Assembly (NCBI RefSeq): GCF_006345805.1
Contig: NC_043021.1
Span: 11,346,001 to 11,410,000 of the forward strand
Reading direction: 5' to 3'
DNA from: Octopus sinensis
Taxonomy: Eukaryota
Length of the DNA stretch: 64,000 nt
Made by a program: the position numbers and the translations under genes. A model generated the notes under the pieces. The model searched no databases and was not told the DNA's origin. It saw nothing but the letters and a program-made list of their open reading frames with translations. Of this stretch, positions 53,805 through 64,000 are shown one piece after another (positions within the stretch are counted from its first letter, which is position 1; every line of letters begins with the position of its first letter).

Positions 53805-55118
53805 TTCTGAAACAGAGATAAAAGAAAGTCATTTCCATGCATCATTAATTGATTAATTTGAAATATTGCTAATGAATGCAATTTTGCTTAAATTAGATAG
53901 GACATTTTAAGATTAATCATGGTTTTGTGTTTGATATAAATAGCAGTCACTGTGGAGAGAAAAAGTTTCAGTCATTCTATCAATGAGGATGTCCTGCAAA
54001 CCCCAGTGGAACAAAATCCCATCATAACTGTTGAGGAACTAGCAGAGAAGCTGGGATTTGGCTCTTCAACCATTCATTGACACCTGTGTGCCATCTGAAA
54101 AGTCAGCAAATTGGGTCAATGGGTTCTTCACAAATTTTCCGAGTCTAATCGCATGCAGAGAGTGAAAAAGTTAGGCATATGTTGTCTGACGAGCCTTCAA
54201 ACAGAGACGAAACTTGTCAGTTTAATCCCAGCTTTTTATACGCATGGAGACTGAACAAAACTTGTTTACACTTATTTACATTTTGAAAGGTGATTTATAT
54301 AGGTGCAAGAATGGCTGCATGGTAAGAAGCTTGCTTCCCTACTACATGATTCTGGGTTCAGTCCCACCGTGTGGCAACTTGGGCAAATGTTTCTATGACA
54401 GTGTTGGGTTGGCCAAAGCCTCGAGTGGATTTGGTAGATGGAAACTGAAAGAATCCTGTCGTATATGCGCACACGTGTGTGTGTTTGTCCCCACCAACAC
54501 TTGAAAACCGGTGTTGGTTTGTTAACATCCCCGTAACTTAACAGTTTGGCAGAGATAGAATAAGTACCAAGCTTTAAAAACAAAATACAAGTACTGGGGC
54601 TGATTCGTTTGACTAAATCTTCTTCGAAGGTAGTGCTCCAGCATGGCCACAACCAAGAACACAACAGACAGCCCAGTCTTAGAATTGAGCTATCTCACTA
54701 AACACCGAGCCATGCGCATATATATATATATATATATATGTTTTAGTCATCTGACTAAGGCCATACTGGAGCACAGCCTTTAGTCAAAGAAATCGACCCC
54801 AGGACATTCTTTGTAAGCCTAGTACTTATTCAATCAGTCTCTTTTTTAGGACCACTAAGTTTCAGGGACATAAACACACCAACATCAGTTTCTAAGCGAT
54901 GCTAGGGGTAATAAGTACAGATGCAAATAAATAGACATAAATATATATATGTGTATAGGACAGACTCCTTTCAGTTCCCGTCACCCAAATCCACTCACAA
55001 AGCTTTGGCCGGTCCTAGATTATAGTAGAAGATACTTGCCCAAGGTGCCATGCAGTAGGGCTGAACCTGGAACCATGTGGTTGGGAAGCAAACTTCTTAC
55101 CACACAGCTAAACCTGTG

Positions 55119-55195
<77 letters not shown>

Positions 55196-55449
55196 AATAA
55201 AGGCAGCAAGCTGGCAGAATTGTTTGTTAGATCACCGGGCAAAATGCTTAGTGGTATTTCATCTGCTGCTAAGTTCCGAGTTCAAATTCTGCTGAGGTCA
55301 ACCTTGCCTTTCATCCTTTCAGGGTCAATAAATTAAGTGCCTGTTGCATACTGGGGTCGATCTAATTGACTAGTTCCCTCCCGCAAAATTTCAGGCCTTA
55401 TACCAATAGTACATACATACATACATATATATACATACATGCATACATA

Positions 55450-55537
<88 letters not shown>

Positions 55538-55612
55538 CATACATACATATACATACATACATACATATACATACATACATATACATACATACATATACAT
55601 ACATACATATAC

Positions 55613-55654
<42 letters not shown>

Positions 55655-56890
55655 CACATATACATATATATATAATATATATGTATATGTGCGTGTGTGT
55701 GTGTGTGTATATGTATGTATGTGTGTGTGTGAGAGAGAGAGGGAGTTTTGTTGCTTACATTGTTGGGTGGCCCTAGGTAACCCGGGGTCATGGTGGAAAG
55801 GGACCAAAACACCTACCAAGCTGCTGCACAGCTAGATGAGACATGAACTCCTGCATTCGGGGACAAATAACAGCAATACCCTCAGCATGCAAAGTATCTA
55901 CCCTAAAATGTGTGTGTGAGAGAGACAGGCTTCCACACACAATCTCCACTGGCCAAATTTATTCACAAGGCATTGCTCAGCCCTAAGTTATAGTGGGACT
56001 GAACCTGAAACCACCTGTCCTTGGAAAACGAGTTACTTAACCAACACAGCCACCCCTGCGTGTGGAACTGTTGTATGCAATGTTGTATGCAATGTGTATG
56101 AAAATAGCAGCCAAATTCGAGGGAATTTGGCTGCTATTTTCCTAATAATGATCACGCAGACATTTGCTCTTTATCTTTATTGTTGTAAACAGGGGAAAGA
56201 GGTCAACTGAAGTTGTCTGACAGCATTTTGCCACATACACACACATAAACATATACACTTGAACACACTTGCACACACACACACACCACACTCTCTTTCT
56301 TTCTCACACACATACACCCACAGACAATCACACACACACACACACACATATACACACAGTCACATACACATGTGCATACATTCACAGCCTCACATATACA
56401 CCCACACATATATACAGGCAGCAAGGACGCTGTTTACTTTGTTGTCATATAACGTTGCACATATCTAGAAAAACATTTTCGTATCAATTTTACTGCATAA
56501 TAAATTTCCCAGTAGCAACAACAACAGCAGCAGCAGCAGCAGCAGCATCAGTAGTGTGCAAAACAAAAAATAGGAACAACAACAACAACAGTAACAGCTG
56601 GTACTTAATAGTAACAGTTGCTACTTCATTACCCTCCTGCAGCAACGTAGTAACATAGCTATATGCAATGTACCCCCAGGTGACCTACCGTTGTATAACC
56701 AACAGTAATGTAACCTGCCATCACATAACATACCTAGGAGTGACTGTGTGGTAAGTAGCTTGCTTACCAACCACATGGTTCCGGGTTCAATCCCACTGGG
56801 CAAATGTCTTCTACTATAACCTCAGGCTGACCAAAGCCTTGTGAGTGGATTTGGTAGACAGAAACTGAAAAAAAGCCCATCATATATATG

Positions 56891-56939
<49 letters not shown>

Positions 56940-57613
56940 GTGTGTGTATATGTTTGTGTCTGTGTTTGTTCCCCCCACCCAACATTGCTTGACAACCGAT
57001 GGCGGTGTGTTTATGTCCCCGTAACTTAGCGGTTCGGCAAAAGAGGCCGATAGAATAAGTACTAGGCTTACAAAGAATAAGTCATGGGGTCGATTTGCTT
57101 GACTAAAGGTGGTGCTCCAGCATGGCCACAGTCAAATGACTGAAACAGGTAAAAGAGTAAAAGAGTGGAAAAGTCAGGTAACCTCTCATGAGTAATATAT
57201 GATCTGGTAACCTACCCTTATATAATTTATCTTTATCATGCATAACCTCAGGTAACACACCCTTAGATAACCTAAACTCAACTAACGAACTCAGGGGTAA
57301 ATTTGCTCAGGTCACCCACCTTTCGGTAACATTTGCTCAGATCACCCAATCAAGGGTAACATTTACTTTTTTTAAAGACTTTTCCACTCTTTTACTCCTT
57401 TACTTGTTTCAGTCATTTGACTGTGACCATGCTGGAGCACCACCTTTAGTCGAGCAAATCGACTCCAGGATTTATTCTTTGTAAGCCTAGTACTTATGCT
57501 ATCAGGCTTTTTTGCCGAACCGCTAAGTTATGGGGATGTAAACACACCAGCATCAGTTGTCAAGCGATGTTGGGGCGACAAACACAGACACATAAACATA
57601 TACACACGTACAT

Positions 57614-57644
<31 letters not shown>

Positions 57645-57849
57645 GACGGGCTTCTTTTAGTTTCCATCTACCAAATTCACTCACAAGGCTTTGGTCAGCC
57701 CGAGGCTATAGTAGAAGACACTTGCCCAAGGTGCTACGCAGTGGGACTGAACCCGGAACCATGTGGTTGGTAAGCAAGCTATTTACCACAGTCACTCCTA
57801 CGCCTGTTTACTTCCTGTGCATAATCTACAGTTGTGGCCAAAAGTTGGG

Positions 57850-58200
57850 AACACTTTTTGTAAAATTAAAATTGTCGTGTCAATTTTAGGTTCATTCATG
57901 AGACGTGACAGCAAAGAGCATACATTCACTCTCTGCATGCGATTAGACTCGGAAAATTTGTGAAGAACCCATTGACCCAATTTGCTGACTTTTCAGATGG
58001 CACACAGGTGTCAATGAATGGTTGAAGAGCCAAATCCCAGCTTCTCTGCTAGTTCCTCAACAGTTATGATGGGATTTTGTTCCACTGGGGTTTGCAGGAC
58101 ATCCTCATTGAGCTCTACAAATCTTCCAGGACAAGGCTCATCTTCTAGGTTGTAGTTTCCGGCTCAGAATTCCTGGAACCATTGTTGACATTGGCTTATG
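57850..58200 (-). mobile_element. Mariner transposase N-terminal fragment (decayed)
   Basis: NYNLEDEPCPGRFVEL..TVEELAEKLG and GQWVLHKFSESNRMQRV (WVPHEL motif), with stop codons. Confidence 0.8.
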
Positions 58201-60923
58201 TTTATTGTTCGAACCCCATATACCGCATTAATATTCCTTGCACTTTCCATTGCGTTGTTGTCTTTATTGAACTCATAAAGCAAAATATATCAAATATATT
58301 CCTTTGTCACTTCCATTATAGCTTTGGAAAAATAACTGTTAAAACCAAACTGCACTTTCCAAAACTTGCACTAAGAATAAGTACAAAGTGAAATTACTAC
58401 TTGCTTTTATAGCAAGTTGATGCAGGTAGTTTATCCTGTCCCCATCCAACTTTTAGTTCATGCAATTGAAAAACCCGCATTATTTATGGGATGACCCTAG
58501 CATGCTGGGCGAAATGCTAAGCGGTATTTCGTTTGTCATTACTTTTCTGAGTGCAAATTCTGCTGAGGTCGACTTTGCCTTTCATCCTTTCAGGGCTGAT
58601 AAATTAAGTACCAGTTGTGTACTAGGGTCGATCTAATCGACTGACCCTCTTCTCAAAAATTTCAGGCCTTGTGCCTAGAGTAGAAAAGATTTACTATCTG
58701 TCATTTGCTAATTTCCTGTGACCTTCTAAGCCCATGTCCATAGTACTGGAGCAGTGACCATTCAATGCAGAGAAGTGGTGGCTCAACTTGGAGAGATTCC
58801 TTGATCTTCAAGCTATGCACCCAGTCAAGTAAACTCTGATAGAGTAGATATATAAATCAAAGGTATTTCAACCATGACCATCCCATCTTTTTTCTTACGG
58901 GCAGATAACCCAGGACCACGTTATCAAATATGCCCATTTCAAAGATGCTTGATAGTGGTTCAAAGGAGATTTGGCTGTTACTTCTAGCAGATCTAGCAGC
59001 CATGTAGAGGCTACTTTGTTGCTGTTGTTGATGTTGTGAGTGGTTAAAGAGATGGATGCTGTAGCAGTAGTGGTGGCGGTGGTGGTGGTAGTGGCAATTA
59101 TAATGACGGAGGATGAAGTAGAAGCAGTGGTGCTGGTGGTTGTGATAGTGGTGGTGGTGGTAGCAGAGGTAGTAGTAATAGTAGTAGGGGTGATGGTGGT
59201 GGTGTTAGTAGTAGTAGCAGCAGCAATAGTTTAGCTCCAGGTCAGCCTTAAACCAGAAGACCTATCATCAAAAACAATCCAGTTATGACCACCTTTTTTT
59301 TTTCCCCCAGGCATTAAATTCTACGCAATGTGTACTTTGTCTTTTAAAAAACGGTAGGACAATGTTTGGGGAGGGTGGATTAGGCTGCTATTTCTAGCAG
59401 AACGAGCAAGCATGTAGAAGCTTCTTCTTTATTGCTGCTTCTGTTGTTGCCCACATGTCTGGACTTGAATAGTGACCACATCGTTCAATATCCAGCCAAG
59501 CCACATGTGGCCTCTCACTACAAGTTATTACATGAATTCATGCACACAAACACACACAGATACTAGTACGCACATACACATGCATATATATATATATACA
59601 CACACACATATATATACACATATACATATGTTTAGTGATGTAAACAGGAAAATAGAACTGAAAACATGAATATATATACATTTTTTTACACTAAATTCTG
59701 CTAATAATTAATACAAAACATACACATATATACAGGCATAAATACATACAACACACACACATATATATATACACATACACACATATACACATATATGCAC
59801 ACACACAGACACACGTATATACATGCATGTGTGTGTGTGAATATATATATATATATACACACACACATGCACATATATATATATATATATACACACACAC
59901 ATGCAGATATATACACACACATATATATTTATCCACCCACTTATTTTAAGTTGAATATACTAAATCAATAATATATGCATATGTGTGTGTGTGTGTGTGT
60001 GTTTCAAAGCATGTGGCCTAGCAGTTAAAGTATTATATTCCCAGCCATAAGGTCACTAGTTCGATTTTTGTTGTACCCTTGAGTATTTCATTCCACACTG
60101 TGCCAGTCCACTTTGCTGAACACAAGTTACCCAGCCTAGTTCTGTCATGGTACTTTCTCTCTTCTCAGCTGACATACTCCCTCCACCCAGTCTTTCACAT
60201 TTGCTCAAGTCACATTATCGAAGGTCACCTACTCATGGGATGGGCAGAGAGTGTGTCAGTGTCTGCTTGTAGCTACATAGGCAACAGAAACAGTTAGTGA
60301 AAGGATAGTATACATCACCAGATGATATTTTCTTCTGAGTGATGGCTTTGGTTTTATATCTTTTTATCCTTTTATTTTTTTTTATCTTTTACTGGTTTCA
60401 GTTACTAGACTGTGGCCATGCTGGGAAAACACCTTGAAAATTTTTAATCAAATGAATCAACCCCAGTGCTTAAATTTTTTGTTAAGCCTGGTACTTATTC
60501 GATCAGTCTTTTTTGCTTAACTGCTAAGTTTCGGGGGGTTTAAAAACAAACACAAAGATACACACACGGAGATATATATATATATATCTGACACCCACTT
60601 CGGTCATAAATGACCATGGGATTGCACCTAGAAAGTTACCCTCCTAGGCACAAGTTTGGACAAGGTTGTTTATGGAAGACCAGCAGTTGCCCATGCATAC
60701 CGGCCTCCTCTCTCCGCACCACTGATGTTATCCAAGGGAAAGGCAAAGGGGCTGATACAGCTTGGCACCAGTGACATTGCAACTCATTTCTTCAGCTGAG
60801 TTAACTGGAGCAACGTGAAATAAAGCGTCTTGCTCAAGAATACAACATGCAGTCCAGTCCAGGATTTGAGCTCACAACCTCACGATCGTAAGCTCAATGC
60901 TCTAACCACTGAGTCATGCACCT

Positions 60924-60973
<50 letters not shown>

Positions 60974-62034
60974 ATATATGTACAATGTGATTCTTTCAGT
61001 GTCCGTCTACCAAATCTACTCACAAGGATTTGGTCAGCCTGAGGGAGGTTATAGTAGAATACACTTGCCCAAGGTGCCATGCAGTGGGACTGAACCTGGA
61101 ACCATGTGGCTGGGGAGCAAATTTCTTACCACACAACTACATGTGTGTGTGTGTGGATAGACATAATAGATAGATAGATAGATATACAATGGTCTTTGCT
61201 TCTGTATACCTCGCCTGGCCCCCGTGCCCTCGCCTGGCCCCCATGCCCTCGCCTGGCACCTGTGCCGGTGGCACGTAAAAAGCCCCACTGCACTCACGGA
61301 GTGGTTGGCATTAGGAAGGGCATCCAGCCGTAGAAACATTGCCAGATCAGACTGGGCCTGGTGCAGCCTTCTGGCTTCCCAGACCCCAGTTGAACCATCC
61401 AACCCATGCCAGCATGGAAAGCGGACGCTAAACGAAGATGATGATGATGATACCAAATTCACTCACAAGGCTTTGTTTGGTCCAAAGCTGCAGTAGAATA
61501 CACTGGCTCAAGGTAGCACGCAGTGGGACTGAACCTGGAACCAAGCTTCTTACCACACAGCCACCAGTGCAAAAATGGCTGCGTGGTTAAGAAGTCTGCT
61601 TCTCAACCATGTAGTCTCAGGTTCAATTCCATTGTGCAGCACCATGGGTAGTTTATACCAGCTGACCGATCAAGATGACAACTTAGCCACCCAGCAAACA
61701 GAGACCAATATAAAAAAAAAATAGCAGACCAAAATACTGAGGTTGTTATGATTGAGGCAACTTCTTGCAGCATGGTTGCAGTCTAATGACAGAAAACAAT
61801 AAAAAGTAAGTAGGTAGGTAGGTAGGTAGGTAAGTAGGTAGACAGGTAGGAAGATAGATGATGTCGAGAATAGTGTAGATGAAGAGGGTAGCAGAGAAGA
61901 GGAAAATAATTATTTCTAAATATAAAACTGGTTCCCAGCTTATCTTGACCATCTTGTTTGTGGCCCAGGGTAAGGGAGGAGGTTCTCAGAACATTCACCT
62001 CTATTGCCTCTCCCTCTTCTTCCTGATATGTTCA

Positions 62035-62066
<32 letters not shown>

Positions 62067-62799
62067 TTCTCTTCTTTCCCACTATTTTTCTTGATATCGG
62101 GCCAATAATTTAAGATTAGCAACAGAGCTAACTTTAATCCAAACCACTTCATAAACACACACACATACACACACAGATGGACATATACTCTTTTACTCTT
62201 TTACTTGTTTCAGTCATTTGACTGCGGCCATGCTGGAGCACCGCATTTAGTCGAGTAAATCGACCCCAGGACTTACTCTTTGTAAGCCCAGTACTTTATT
62301 CTATCGGTCTCTTTTGCTGAACCGCTAAGTGACGGGGACGTAAACACACCAGCATCGGTTGTCAAGCAATGCTAGGGGGACAAACACAGACACACAAACA
62401 CATACACACACATACATACATAGATATATATATATATATATACATATACGACAGGATTCTTTCAGTTTCCGTCTACCAAATCCACTCACAAGGCATTGGT
62501 CGGCCCGGGGCTATAGCAGAAGACACTTGCCCAAGATGCCACGCAGTGGGACTGAACCCGGAACCATGTGGTTGGTTAGCAAGCTACTTACCACACAGCC
62601 ACTCCTGGGTGCACATACACATAAACATAAGCACATGTGTGCACACAAGAACACACAAAATAACACAAGCACACATACATATAAAGATATATACACACAC
62701 ACGCACACACATGCTGACACAGGCACATTTGCATACTCTTATGTATACACACATAAACACACACACACACACACACACATGTAAGAGCATCTTTATATA

Positions 62800-63240
62800 C
62801 GTATTTCTTTACTACCCACAAGGGGCTAAACACAGAGGGGACAAACAAGGACAGACAAACGGATCAAGTCGATTACATCGACCCCAGTGCGAAACTGGTA
62901 TTTAATTTATCGAGGCGGCGAGCTGGCAGAAACGTTAGCACGCCGGGCGAAATGCTTAGCGGTATTTTGTCTGCGTTACGTTGTGAGTTCAAATTCCGCC
63001 GAGGTCGACTTTGCCTTTCATCCTTTCGGGGTTGATCAATTAAGTACCAGTTACGCGCTGGGGTCGATGTAATCGACTTAATACCTATGTCTGTCCTTGT
63101 TTGTCCCCTCTGTGTTTAGCCCCTTGTGGGTAATAAAGAAATAGGTATTTAATTTATCGACCCCGAAAGGATGAAAGGCAAAGTCGACCTCGGCGGAATT
63201 TGAACTCAGGACCTTAGCAGCAGACGAAATACCGCGTAGA
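62800..63240. mobile_element. SINE family D composite (cgaccccgaaaggatgaaaggcaaagtcgacctcggcgg)
   Basis: Family also at 10700-10900, 47870-48285, 55200-55410 and 58500-58700. Confidence 0.7.
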
Positions 63241-63499
63241 GCACCCTTATATACGAACTCAGTTACACATGCACACTGGCACACAAATACAAACATATAT
63301 GTACATACGTACATATATGTACACACGCACCACACACACACACATGTATGAAATTACAAGCATCATGTATACATACATGCGGACACACAAATACAGACAC
63401 ACATACATGTAGAGACGAACAACATGCACATACACACAAGTACACACAAAATGTACACACACACAAAACACACACACACAAGCACATGCACAAGCATAC

Positions 63500-64000
63500 A
63501 CACTCATACAAGCACACACACACAAGGAATACACTCAAGTACACACATTCACATGAGCAACACACACACACACACACACTAACACACACATACACTCACA
63601 CGAACACACACAAAAGCACACACACACACACACATGCACTCAAAATATACATACACACAAGCACACACACACGAGCATACACACAAAGAATACACTCGCA
63701 AGCACACAAGTACACTCGCAAGCACACGAGTACACACACACTCACACGAGTACACACACACTAACACACACATACACTCACACGAACACACACAAAAGCA
63801 CACACACACACAAAACACACACACACACATGCATTCAAAATATACATACACACAAGCACACACACACGAGCACACACACAAAGAATACACTCGCAAGCAC
63901 ACAAGTACACTCGCAAGCACACAAGTACACACACACTCACACGAGTACACACACACTAACACACACATACACTCACACGAACACACACAAAAGCACACAC
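63500..64000. repeat. CA-rich higher-order tandem repeat (~180-bp unit), running off the window edge
   Basis: Repeated blocks caagcacacaagtacactcgc and cacgaacacacacaaaagca. Confidence 0.8.

Noticed and set aside
54180-54222. CTGACGA...GAAACTTGTC hammerhead-like text
   Set aside because: Stem I does not pair and stem II is mismatched; at most a remote relic.

Overview
This is AT-rich metazoan genomic DNA dense in microsatellites and SINEs. The SINE families resemble those of Octopus (inference). No prokaryotic-type features are present. Two protein-coding genes lie on the minus strand. (1) The first coding exon of a KCTD10/KCTD13/TNFAIP1-type BTB protein is at 1203-1368; the rest of that gene is beyond the left edge. 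(2) A 13-14-exon gene spanning 17173-53804 was assembled by hand with consistent splice phases. It encodes a ~834-843 aa type I membrane glycoprotein: signal peptide, three extracellular lamin-tail-domain (LTD)-like repeats, a Ser/Thr mucin stalk, a juxtamembrane domain, one TM helix and an FxNPxY tail. The exon 3-4-5 junction is the least certain part of the model. Introns and intergenic DNA hold tRNA-derived SINEs, mariner MITEs, Penelope-like, CR1-like and Gypsy fragments, and several minisatellites. The most unusual signals are the LTD-repeat receptor and a set of type I hammerhead-ribozyme motifs. One of these is a 350-bp intronic foldback (44837-45186) carrying an intact hammerhead on each strand, each preceded by its own antisense copy.
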